Assembly (NCBI GenBank): GCA_036867785.1
Contig: CP145427.1
Span: 248,001 to 312,000 of the forward strand
DNA: 64,000 nt
Direction of reading: 5' to 3'
DNA from: Plasmodiophora brassicae
Taxonomy: Eukaryota
Part shown: one piece after another, positions 22,717 to 32,990 of the stretch
Layout of the letters: each line of letters opens with the position of its first letter
Position numbering within the stretch: position 1 is the stretch's first letter
Position numbers and translations under genes: made by a program
The notes under the pieces: model-generated
What the model was told of the DNA's origin: nothing
The model's database searches: none
The model's input: the letters and a program-made list of their open reading frames with translations, nothing else

Positions 22717-24402
22717 ATGAGAGCGCTACGCACGATCCGCCAATTGTGCCTCGCGGCAGCGCTGTTCGTTGCTGCCGTGTCGAAGTACAATACGTTCGAC
22801 CAATGGAAAGCAGCATGCATGCTGTGCCAGAAGCTGGCCGACACGAAGTGCACATTCGACGCGGAAGAGGATGGCACTGAAGGAGAACGGCCCTGCTGCT
22901 TCAAAGTCAACGAGAACCAGTTTGGGTTTGTAAATTGCAGCCGTATCACCTAGGCATAGCAGTCCTAACGTTTCGACAATCATAGTGTCGTTATCATGGA
23001 CCCGAAGCAGTTGGAGCAATTTGGAGAGAACCGATATCAGGGATGTGGTGGCATCCAGCATTTGACGTTCCATTTCTTTAAAGGGTGGAGCAAACAAATC
23101 GCATTGCCCCGCAGTGTATTTCTTCGGGAGAATCTCTTCGTTCTCAGTGACGACACCCATTTGCAGGACATCGAAATCCTTGAGTACGTACACTATATTA
23201 GACTTTGGGCCAGCCGACGTACTGATGCGCTGATTAGGGCATCCAATGCAGCGGACGATGCAGTGGAGTATGCCCAGACATGGATCGATATTCTTTCTGG
23301 TGTTGAAGCTTTAGCGTTCAATCACTTTTGGTTCCAAAGGGCAAGCCACTTCAACGAGCTGTCCGAAACGGTCAACAACGCAGTGCGTCAGGCGAGCGAC
23401 ATCGAAAACTTGAAGAAGGATGAAGCACCGTCAGCAACGTTTGCACAAGCGGAACCCCAGATTAGTCAACTTCTGACGAGACGATTGGAACTGGACGTTG
23501 CAAGCCGGGAGGTTCAAGCCGCCAGAGCCCTTGCCGAGGCGAGCCTGGACGATGTCTCAATTCAGAACCTGATGGAGCGCCAGAACAATCTACATCGGCA
23601 GCTTCATGCGAAAGGCATTGAGAAGCTGATTGCTGAGATGTACCCGGAGCTGGCCAACACGTACGCCACCAAGCTCATGGAGCACAATGTGACCGAGTCA
23701 CAGCAACTCGAATTGGAGCAGGGACTGCATGAGAAGGAAGCCGCGCTGGAGGCCAAGCTGAGCCAATTTGACACGCCCCACAAAGTCAGGTTGCTCAACG
23801 ACATGTTCAACGCAACGTTGGCATTCCGTGACGAACTCGAGCGCAAACGCAAGCTGATTGCCGACCGCATCAAGGCAAAGGTTAGCGTATCGGCAAACTC
23901 TACGATGCAGGCCTGCCGAGCGGACGTGGACGGAATGGGAATTCAATTGGGCAACCTGAAGGTAAAGCTGACCGATCAGACGAGGGGCACCAGGCTACGA
24001 TATGGGGTTACGTCTCTGGCCGCCGTGGCTGGCGCGGCTGGCACCTCAGCGTTAGCTTATGCACGCGCACCCACGAAGACGGTTACCGCGCTGCCATCAG
24101 GCGGTTCGCAGTTGAAAGCGGCAGCCATGGGCCTGGTCGCTGGAGCTATCACCGCTCAAAGCGGCTTAGCTGTACAGCATCGCATTGTCAAGAGCGCCAC
24201 GAAATCCAAGCGGGGCATCCAGGGGCCCGTGCCCAAACCGACGCAACCTCCCGCCTCCAACCGGCTCCTGTTTGTCATGGTCGCCTGCGCCATCGTCGTC
24301 CTCCTCTCCATCATTGTCGCATCGTTCGTCACGAAACGCAACGGCAAAGTTGCCCAGAAGATTACCCCAGTCGTGAACCCAGTCAAGACCGATTTCGAAT
24401 GA
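22717..24402 (+). CDS. Head-to-head pair 1, right gene, same architecture
   Basis: MRALRTIRQLCLAAALFVAAVS signal, FDQWKAACMLC, intron ~22925-22985, long coiled coil, TM LLFVMVACAIVVLLSIIVASFV. Confidence 0.8.
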
Positions 24403-24919
24403 TTTGTTTCTCCGTTTCAATACACGTCTCTACCTTCCAGCACGAATGCGCTGGTGTCGGCTCAGATGTCCAGCGTTACGGCCGGAACACGTACGAGCGG
24501 CGTGCGTACTGGTAACGGTTACGTACCGGCAGTGGCTTGGCAGGGTGACAACAGTAAACCGTCCGCCGACACCGACCTCAGTCGGTTATTCCATGTTCTG
24601 GAGACGATCATCGTCTGGTTTCATGTCGCATTGTTCCGTCTCCGAACATGCAGCCCGCTGCCGACGTCGTCGTCATGCCGCTCGGCTCTGCTCACACCAA
24701 CCGGCCCATCCAACACGGACGTCGACCGCCCCGGGGCCCTGGTCGGATCGCACCTATGCGGTTCTATGACGCTTCGTGCGATGCTTAATTTAGCAGTGGT
24801 AAATATTTACTGGCGCAGCCCGTCGCCGGATTCCCGACCCGCAGCTGCACTCAGTCTTGGGCTGACCAGTCGCCTCACCTCTGCCCTCAAGTCACAATCA
24901 TCGTTGCACATTGCGCAGC

Positions 24920-26425
24920 ATGACGCCGGTCCACCTCATCGTCGCCCTGCTGCTCATCATCGTCCTGCTCTCCAGCGTGTACGTTAAGCGTCCGCAGTAC
25001 CTGACCGGCAGCATCGGCCCGCGCCTGCGTATCGCTGGGCGCCCTCGTCTCCTGCTGCGACCCGCCCCACCGACCCCATCGCCCGCGTTTCTTCACGCCT
25101 GCGCGCAGTCGTATCAGCGACTACTCGAGCTCAGCCAGGAACAGTTCACGCGCGCCCAGAAGACGCGGTACTGGTACCCCTGGACGCCTGCACGGCCTGA
25201 TTTCAACGCCACCATCGTCGCGTGGCACGACGAACGTCGCTCATCGAATTTATCACTCGCATCGGACGACGATGTCGCCCTGTTCACTGAGATCGCCCGA
25301 ACTGGTACCTGTACCAACTCGGACCGCGTCGCGTTCCTGACGCATTCGAACATATCGTTGCCAATAGTGCCATCGTCGTCCTCGCTGCTCACTCGCCTTT
25401 CGATCCCGTCGTTCGGTTCGTTAAGGAACCGGTTCCGTGCCCAGCCAGTGGCACCTTATGAAGATGTCGATGCGTATCGCGCCCTACGCGATCTCTGCCT
25501 GGCGACGCATAAGACAAAGTGGAACCCGTTCGCACCGCGCATCCCATCGACATTCGACGAAGCGTTCCAGCAGTGGAACACGACCTGGACTGCGCGCCTT
25601 CAGCATGAGCTTCGTCCCGAAGCCCAGGCGATCGAACAGCTCCGTCAACTGTTCAACACTGGCAGCTGTGATGATCGCCGACCGATCGCGCGTCTGACGT
25701 CGTCGAGTTTTCTGGCCCCGAGTTGCACCGATCTGCTGCACGAATTGCACGTATCGGCCCGTCAAGCGTTCGAGGCCGGCACCCACCTGGAGTGGACGAC
25801 ATTGGACCAGTTTGACAGCGCCCACGGCGAGGAATGTGCTCTGTCACCCGCCGATTTCAACTTGTTCGCCGAGGTGGCATCCTCGGGCAACTGCGACGAT
25901 CCTGACAGGTATAAGGCCCTGACGGGCGTCAGCCCGGATTACATGGCGCCTGACCGGCCAGATGTCCCACGTACGTGGCGGGATAGGCTGGGGAACCTGC
26001 ACGCAAGGCTCCCGCAATGGACACGAGCGATCACCAACCCGTACGAGTACGTGCAGGACAGGGTCGAGACAGTGCCCGTCGTTCGCAACATGCGCACATG
26101 GTACAACCGCGTCGTGAACGCTGTGAACCGGACCGGCAACGTGATTCGATCGCCGGGGCATGCACTTCGCGGCGTGCAGGAGGCGTTCGTCAAGGGCAAC
26201 CTGGCAACCAAGACGAAGATCGTCATGACGGCGATCCTGGCCGGCGGGCTTTCGGCCGAGCTGGCCGTGCTGTCCGGCAAGAAGGCGTATCGCATCGTCA
26301 GGTCAGTGTCGCGGCCGTTGAAGTCGAAAACGGTCTGGATCCCCGCTGCCGTCCTGTCGTCCATGTTCGTCGCATCGAAGATGTGCAACGCGACGTCGTC
26401 GCTGCGATGGGCCTGTAGTCGCTGA
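24920..26425 (+). CDS. Signal/N-anchored protein with three internal helical repeats, family C copy 1
   Basis: Long intronless ORF with a hydrophobic N-terminus; clear paralog of 26704..28245. Confidence 0.85.
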   Translation: MTPVHLIVALLLIIVLLSSVYVKRPQYLTGSIGPRLRIAGRPRLLLRPAPPTPSPAFLHACAQSYQRLLELSQEQFTRAQKTRYWYPWTPARPDFNATIVAWHDERRSSNLSLASDDDVALFTEIARTGTCTNSDRVAFLTHSNISLPIVPSSSSLLTRLSIPSFGSLRNRFRAQPVAPYEDVDAYRALRDLCLATHKTKWNPFAPRIPSTFDEAFQQWNTTWTARLQHELRPEAQAIEQLRQLFNTGSCDDRRPIARLTSSSFLAPSCTDLLHELHVSARQAFEAGTHLEWTTLDQFDSAHGEECALSPADFNLFAEVASSGNCDDPDRYKALTGVSPDYMAPDRPDVPRTWRDRLGNLHARLPQWTRAITNPYEYVQDRVETVPVVRNMRTWYNRVVNAVNRTGNVIRSPGHALRGVQEAFVKGNLATKTKIVMTAILAGGLSAELAVLSGKKAYRIVRSVSRPLKSKTVWIPAAVLSSMFVASKMCNATSSLRWACSR

Positions 26426-26703
26426 TTCATCAACGAGCGATTTTCCTGTCACATCGCTGATACATTACCGATTGTTCACACCTGGGCCTTCTTCATAGCG
26501 AGTGTTCGTTCGTCGCTAAAATTAGGTTTGGGACACTGGTGACAGGTGGCCACGCGTGCGCGCAGCCCAACGTCGAGTGCGCACTTTACCAGACCATACA
26601 CGGCGATGGTCACTGACGCCAAACCCAAAAGCCACTGCCCAGGGTCACTGTCCGACATCACTGCTGTGCCCACTCAGCAGATCACCCCTCGGCTTCCCGC
26701 AAC

Positions 26704-28245
26704 ATGGCTCCCGCGATTCACTTCATCGTCCTGCTACTCCTGATCTTCCTTCTCTCGGGCGTTGTATATCGTGGACCGTCCAGGTATCTGCACGGCAGCA
26801 GCCAGCCCCGGATCGATCAGTTCCCGCGTCCACGCCTCCAGCAGGTCCATACCTCCCTACCACCTGATCAGGTCGTGGAAGCCTCCCTGGAATCCTACCA
26901 ACGACTACTCAAACTCAGCCAGGAGCAGTTCACACGCACCCAGAGACCATGGTATCGGTTCTTGTGGGTGCCTGCTCCTGATTTCAACGCCACCGTTCAC
27001 ACGTGGCACTGTGAACGGGAACGGCTGAACCTGCCCCGCGCTTCAGACGACGACGTCTCCCTCTTCACCGAAATCGCTCGAACGGGTTCCTGCACCGACC
27101 TACACCGCATCGAAGCCCTAACCAACTCAAACATGTCCCTTCAGACGTCTGCGCCGCTTTCCTCACTCTCCTCCATGCCGTTGCTCTCTCGCATACCAAT
27201 CCCATCGTTCGGTTCGTTGGGGAATTGGATCGGCCGGCAGCCATCGGCTCCAGTGCAAGACGCTGACGCGTATCGAGCCTTACGGGACCTGTGCCTGGCC
27301 AAACACAAGAGGAGGTGGAACCCGTTTTCGTCGCGCATCCCAGAGACGTTCGAGGACGCGTTCTGGCAGTGGGACGTGACCTGGTCAGCGCCTCTTCAGC
27401 ATGAGCTTCACCCTGGCGACCAGGCGATTGATCAGTTCCGGCAGCTGTTCGATCGAGGCAGCTGCGATGATCGGCGACCGATCGCGCGTCTGACGTCGTC
27501 GAGCTTTCTAGCACCGACTTGCACCCAGCTGCTGTATGACTTGCACGTGCTGGCCCGTCAAGCGTTTGATACCGACTCCCCTTTCCAATGGACGTTCGAA
27601 CTTTTCGACGATGCCCACGGCAAGGAATGTTCGTTGACGCTAGACGACTTTAGCTTGTTCGTCGAGGTGGCAACGTCGGGCACGTGCGGCGATTCCGGCA
27701 GGTACAGGGTCATGACGGGCGTCGCGCCGTCGTACGTAGTACCTGAGCCTGGCCTCCCTACTACAACGACGATGCGGGATTGGTTGCGTAACCAGCTGAA
27801 TTCGTGCAGGAGACGGCTTCCGAAGTGGACCGAAGCGTTCTCGGACCCTTCACGCTATGTTCAAGAGCAAGTCGAGTCGACAGTGCCAGCTGTTCGAAAC
27901 GTGCGCTCATGGTACAAACGAGTTGTGAACGTGGTCAACCGGACGAGGGCCGTGATTTCATCGCCAGGGCGTGCGGTTCGTGACCTGAAGGAAACCTTCG
28001 CCAAGGGCAACCTGGCGACCAAGACGAAGATCGTCATGACCGCTGTCCTGGCTGGCAGCCTGGCCACCCAAATCGCAATTCTGTCCGGCAAGACGACGTT
28101 TCGCATTGGCAAGTCTATCGCTCGTCCGCTCAAACCCAAGACGGTCTGGATCCCTGCTGCCGTTCTGTCGTCCATGTTCCTCGCCTCCAAGTTATGCGAC
28201 AAGACCGCGTCTTTGCAATGGGCATGTCGCCACCTCTGCCATTGA
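26704..28245 (+). CDS. Family C copy 2 (tandem paralog)
   Basis: 513-aa ORF colinear with 24920..26425, e.g. GSCDDRRPIARLTSSSFLAP and KGNLATKTKIVMTA. Confidence 0.85.
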   Translation: MAPAIHFIVLLLLIFLLSGVVYRGPSRYLHGSSQPRIDQFPRPRLQQVHTSLPPDQVVEASLESYQRLLKLSQEQFTRTQRPWYRFLWVPAPDFNATVHTWHCERERLNLPRASDDDVSLFTEIARTGSCTDLHRIEALTNSNMSLQTSAPLSSLSSMPLLSRIPIPSFGSLGNWIGRQPSAPVQDADAYRALRDLCLAKHKRRWNPFSSRIPETFEDAFWQWDVTWSAPLQHELHPGDQAIDQFRQLFDRGSCDDRRPIARLTSSSFLAPTCTQLLYDLHVLARQAFDTDSPFQWTFELFDDAHGKECSLTLDDFSLFVEVATSGTCGDSGRYRVMTGVAPSYVVPEPGLPTTTTMRDWLRNQLNSCRRRLPKWTEAFSDPSRYVQEQVESTVPAVRNVRSWYKRVVNVVNRTRAVISSPGRAVRDLKETFAKGNLATKTKIVMTAVLAGSLATQIAILSGKTTFRIGKSIARPLKPKTVWIPAAVLSSMFLASKLCDKTASLQWACRHLCH

Positions 28246-28450
28246 TTCTGGTGGTTTCCGTCCCAGGTCACCGACAATATATCGAACGTTGCACACCCTG
28301 CGTCGTCCTGACCTTTCGTTAGTCAGGTCGAAGAATTCTCTGTGGTAGAAGAAGCACCCCATCACTACATAGTTATCCGAACGCACGCGTCTGGGTGTTC
28401 GAAAGGACATGAAACAAGCATGAATGTATCGTGAAATAGATTTGGTCATA

Positions 28451-31400
28451 TTAGATCATGAAAAGGGCGACCACCAAGGCATACAGGACGGCGGATGTGC
28501 CGCCTGTCTCCTTGGTCGCACCTGACGACACCGATACGGGCACGGAACCCGTCAGGCCGAATTGCCGAGCGGCCCTGATGGCTTTGCTGCCCAATGCAGC
28601 AGCGGCAATGGCGGCGATGCCGAAGATGGGCATTATTGACATGAAACGATGGCGCTGATCAGGTACTGGCAAGCCAGGGTGCCGCGCCTGACGATTGTAC
28701 AAACCGGCGATCAAAAGTGATGCCGTGGTAGCTTGGCCGACGAATGTTAGTGCTCGACGTGCTTGTGACGGAGGCGTCACGGTGCCTTGACTGCGAGAAC
28801 CATGATCGAGGGCCGCATTCACGTTTGTCGTGGCGCGTCCCCCCGCAGCAACATGCCCGGTCTGCATGGAGGTGTGGACCAGGCCATGGGCATCCGCCTG
28901 GACGACGTCGTCTCTTCCATGATTAACAGCCGGGTCGCCGCCAGGAGGGAGAGCCGCTGTTTGAGTCTTGCTGTCGTCAACACATGCTCCATCAGCGACT
29001 TCCAGAGCGCGTCTCGAATAATGACTCATGGAAGTTGCATCAACAACTGCATCAACCGCCAGCTTCGCCTCGATACGATTCACAACCGACACTAGCCCTA
29101 CCTGGCGGGCCAAATCCAGCGGCGTGCGACCGAGGTCGTCAACAATGGACAGGTCGGCATCCTCGCCTACGAGGTACAACGCGATCTCTTCGTTGCAGGT
29201 CGACCGACTGAGAAGCGCCATATGCAGGGCGGTGTACCCGGGACAGCCTGCGGGCGCCAGTCGAGGTACAGTGACGTTGTCGACCGTGCTGATAACAGCA
29301 TTGATATTCGGGCGATGCAGCAGCAGGAACTCGCTCGTGACGTCGAGATCGGTGGCGAGTATAAACGACACCACATCAATGTCGGCAATCCAGTGACGAA
29401 TAAGAGTGTCGCGGATGGAACGCAATCGTTGAGCGGCATGGGCGTGTCGGTGCCAGTACAGTGCCCAGGAGCACCACGCCAATGGCGTCATCCCGTTGTC
29501 GTCCACGCGGTTGATAAGGGCAGGGTTCGCGTCAACGACGAAGTCGACGAGGTCGATGGAGCCGTACCGGACCGCGACATGGAGCGACCTGGGATCTGGG
29601 AAGGGGGACACGCGGATCAGAAGGTCGGCCAGATCTGCCCACCGCTGACGCCGTTCAGCGTTGGCGTTGGGTTGCTGCAGATGGCCAAACACGATATCGA
29701 ACGCTGACCGGCCTTCGTCATCTGTCCAGGAGTGCCAGTAGGGGAACCGGCCACAGATGAGTCGGATACGTTCCAGGTTGCGAATACGAATACCCTCAAA
29801 GAGCTCTGGGCGAGGATCGTGTCGCACGTACGCGGGACGCGGTTTCGAGAGCAACTCGGCGATGGTGCTGGCCATAGACGAACCTTTGAACTTGTCGACG
29901 TATGGTGTGCTATCGGGTGCATCGCGGCTGGCGCCATGCCCTAATAGCAGGTCGACGACCTGCCGGTCAACGCCCGCGGTCTCGAAGCGACTCAAGGCAG
30001 TTGCCATCGGCGTCAACCCATGTTCGTCGATGCGGTCGATCTGGATGTCAGGATGCGACACCAGTTTGCCTATAAGGGCAATGTCGTCCCCGCATGTCCT
30101 GATGGCCTCGTGCAGAACGTGTTTGACAGGGCCCTGCTGGTACGCGCCGGCGGCGCTGACGTTGGCGCCGGCATCAATCAGCAATCTGGCGGCAATACAG
30201 TTGCCTGACATCACCGCTGCCAGTAGTGCTGTGACCCCCGTCCCGTCCAGCCGCACGTTGACAAGTTGCATGCGATCGCTCGACTGCACAAGGTACTGCT
30301 CCGTCAGGAACGCTGACGGTGACAGGATGAACGCAACCCTGGAGTCGCTGGCCCAGATGTCGGCGTGCGGGTCGTCTCGAAGCAGGTCCCGGATCTCGGT
30401 CAGTCTACGGTAGGCATCGTGGTCAACGTTGGCTTGCAGGCGATCGATCTGCGCGTCGAATTGCGCACGAGCGACGAGGTCCAGGGCAGTCATCCCCTGC
30501 CACAGGTCATTGACGGGTGACGGGTCGCGGCCGAGCATGGCGCGAAGCAGGTCGGCCGAGCCCTTTGCAGGCAGACACGATACGATATGAATAGGGGGAA
30601 CGCCTGCGTCTTCCTCGTGCCGCCCGACGTAGGCGACACGTCGCCTGACGTTCGTGTGCGGGTTCACGACTAGGTATCGGCCAATGGCAATTAGCCGCTG
30701 CTCGCGAGCGTCGTTCCGGTTTGGCTGGATCACGCTGCGCTTTGGATCAGGCCCTGGCTGGGCGGCTGCCAGTGCGGCCTGGAACGGCGGGTTCCCATTG
30801 GCCGGGTCGGTCCATGTCACCCACCGATCGTTGTCGTCGCAGACGGCCTGAACGAGCTCGAGATCCGCGTTCGCGATCGCAGTGAACAGGTCGCCAGGGG
30901 TCGCCACCTCGCGAATCGTACGCAGACGACGTTGCCGATCGTGGCCTGTCCCGCCAGCGTCAATCAGGGCCCTGATCAGCCTTCTCAGCTGGGCGCTGAC
31001 GTCGTCGTCTGAACCGAGGCCCCCTGATTCGTAGGCGGCGACGGCCACGTCGAGCGGTGTTCGACCCTCTGCGTCCAGCGCGTTCAGCGAGGCAGCGCCG
31101 CTTGCAACGATGCGGTGAACAATGGATTCGCGCGCCGTTCGGCATGCAATGTGAAGTGGGGTACTGCCTGTGGAATCGGCAGCGTTGACGTCGGCGCCGT
31201 GGTCCATCAGCCACGACACGATGTCTGCCTTCCCGAGTAAGGTCGCCAAGTGCAAACCAGTCGTCTGCGAACCAATGCCGACGGCAGGGCCGCCCACAGG
31301 CACAGTCCAGGTCCGCCAAGCGGGCGCCTGCTGGCCGACCCCCTGGCCTACAATCGCCTGGACCCGTCCAAGGTCGCCGTCGCGGATCGCCGCGAAGAAC

Positions 31401-31531
31401 TGGTCGATTGCAACCGACGCCACGACAGCGAACAGCATCGCCTGCGCCACGATGAGAAGCGCGCTTGTGGACAGCATTGCTCCAACCAGCAGCAGCAGCA
31501 CTATCGACGACACGAGGTCCGTTCTGGGCAT
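28451..31531 (-). CDS. Secreted or membrane-anchored ankyrin-repeat protein (~1025 aa)
   Basis: Hydrophobic N-terminus; many ANK motifs (TGLHLA, GSTPLHIAC, GRTPLDVA, GVTALLAA, GYTALHMA, GRTPLDLA); hydrophobic C-terminal segments. Confidence 0.9.
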   Translation of the reverse strand: MPRTDLVSSIVLLLLVGAMLSTSALLIVAQAMLFAVVASVAIDQFFAAIRDGDLGRVQAIVGQGVGQQAPAWRTWTVPVGGPAVGIGSQTTGLHLATLLGKADIVSWLMDHGADVNAADSTGSTPLHIACRTARESIVHRIVASGAASLNALDAEGRTPLDVAVAAYESGGLGSDDDVSAQLRRLIRALIDAGGTGHDRQRRLRTIREVATPGDLFTAIANADLELVQAVCDDNDRWVTWTDPANGNPPFQAALAAAQPGPDPKRSVIQPNRNDAREQRLIAIGRYLVVNPHTNVRRRVAYVGRHEEDAGVPPIHIVSCLPAKGSADLLRAMLGRDPSPVNDLWQGMTALDLVARAQFDAQIDRLQANVDHDAYRRLTEIRDLLRDDPHADIWASDSRVAFILSPSAFLTEQYLVQSSDRMQLVNVRLDGTGVTALLAAVMSGNCIAARLLIDAGANVSAAGAYQQGPVKHVLHEAIRTCGDDIALIGKLVSHPDIQIDRIDEHGLTPMATALSRFETAGVDRQVVDLLLGHGASRDAPDSTPYVDKFKGSSMASTIAELLSKPRPAYVRHDPRPELFEGIRIRNLERIRLICGRFPYWHSWTDDEGRSAFDIVFGHLQQPNANAERRQRWADLADLLIRVSPFPDPRSLHVAVRYGSIDLVDFVVDANPALINRVDDNGMTPLAWCSWALYWHRHAHAAQRLRSIRDTLIRHWIADIDVVSFILATDLDVTSEFLLLHRPNINAVISTVDNVTVPRLAPAGCPGYTALHMALLSRSTCNEEIALYLVGEDADLSIVDDLGRTPLDLARQVGLVSVVNRIEAKLAVDAVVDATSMSHYSRRALEVADGACVDDSKTQTAALPPGGDPAVNHGRDDVVQADAHGLVHTSMQTGHVAAGGRATTNVNAALDHGSRSQGTVTPPSQARRALTFVGQATTASLLIAGLYNRQARHPGLPVPDQRHRFMSIMPIFGIAAIAAAALGSKAIRAARQFGLTGSVPVSVSSGATKETGGTSAVLYALVVALFMI

Positions 31532-31708
31532 GCGATGCCAACGCCACAAATAGCGCACGACCAACCTGGTGGACCCTCTCCCTATTTCGGGAAACGGCCG
31601 GACAGGGCTGGTGCCACCCGTGCGCCGCCCGTTTGGCAAGATGAGCGCAGCGCGACGCTTCTGAACGTGCATATCCATACGAAGATGTGTTAACTTGACG
31701 TCCCTGTA

Positions 31709-32500
31709 TTAGGGAAGCGGGTAACTGTTGATGCCGAACGTGTCGCGCAGGACGGCAGGCAGGTCGTGACGGTACGCCTTGATCGCGTCTGACATCGTCT
31801 TCGCGCGGACGACGCGCATCGGGACATCGCCGTCCGCCTCGACGATCGCGGGGCGAATGCGAGTAATCATGCTGCAGGTGCGGTCTACCACGAGTTCGGT
31901 CAGAGCGCGACAATGCTGCGAGTGCCGTTACTGGTCACTACCAGTGATAGTCGTGATGTCGAGGCGCGTCTCGACAATGGCGTCGAAGCTGGCGGCGCCT
32001 GACACGCTCAGGAACGTCCGGATCTCGTACGTCGCGTGCGAATCGCCATCGTAACTGGATCTGGTGCACAGAGCGTTAGACCAAGAAGCGTGCCCCAAGA
32101 CGGCCAGCGCGCCTACGAATGTTCGGCGGTGTAGATGACCGTGCCTTGCGCAGGGACAGGTTGGCGCCCGACGAGCACCTTGCGGGTCGACCGTTCCGAT
32201 ACGGGCGGTTCCGCGTGCGACGTCATTGTTGTCGGCACGCTCGTATTGTCCATCCGATGCCCAGCGGTGAAGAACCGCTTCTCGACGAGGTCGCTGCGCA
32301 GAGCGGCGAGCACGTCGCGGACGCTGCTGGCGATGACGCACCGGGCCACAACCTTCATGTCGCCTTGCGCCGCGTGGCCCCGGACGACGACGTTTCCGAC
32401 GGGAACCCGCTGGCCGACACCTACAATCGAACCCGCGTTAGCCGGTGCGGTTCGGCCAAAGGGCAACGTTGGCGCCCGTACCTGTGATTGGGGTTGCCAT
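31709..32500 (-). pseudogene. Hypothetical gene (possibly START-like fold) with an in-frame TAA
   Basis: Apparent three-exon coding-like sequence; TAA at 31928-31930 is followed by a continuing frame to 31709. The fold call is a guess. Confidence 0.3.
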
Positions 32501-32774
32501 GCTGTGTGGCCTGTGGCTGACGTTTCCCAGAGTGCTCGGGTCGGAGGCCACCTCGACGGCGAGGACCAGAGAACCCCGCCGGGACGATGTCCCCAGGTGT
32601 GACTCAATTCGTGACTCACTGGTACCCTCCAGGCGTCGACGAACGGGGTGAGCGGGGACGATCGGGGCGGGTCGAGCCGACTTTGTGAAGTGCTTTATTT
32701 CAGGCGCCTGGCGGCCAGCAGGAACCGTTTCCGATCGCCCATGCGGTCGACGCCCAGCTCGCGAAGGTCGGCGT

Positions 32775-32942
32775 TCGTCAGCGTCTACGTTGGCAGACGG
32801 CGACGCCGTACGCCCCGTCCTGCCGCTCGCGTTCCAGGCCGAGTTCAAGGATGACGAAGAGGAGCCCAAGCTGCAAGAGCAGGAGGATCCGCTGCCAACG
32901 CCCGCTGAGGAGAAGCCAACTGCCGAAGAGACGCCTGCCTGA
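32775..32942 (+). pseudogene. Duplicated 3' fragment of RSP4/6
   Basis: AFQAEFKDDEEEPKLQEQEDPLP..AEEKPTAEETPA; promoterless, with small deletions. Confidence 0.85.
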
Positions 32943-32990
32943 GTTCAGATACAGGTCATACGAAGGCTTTCATTTCACGATAAACGGGGA

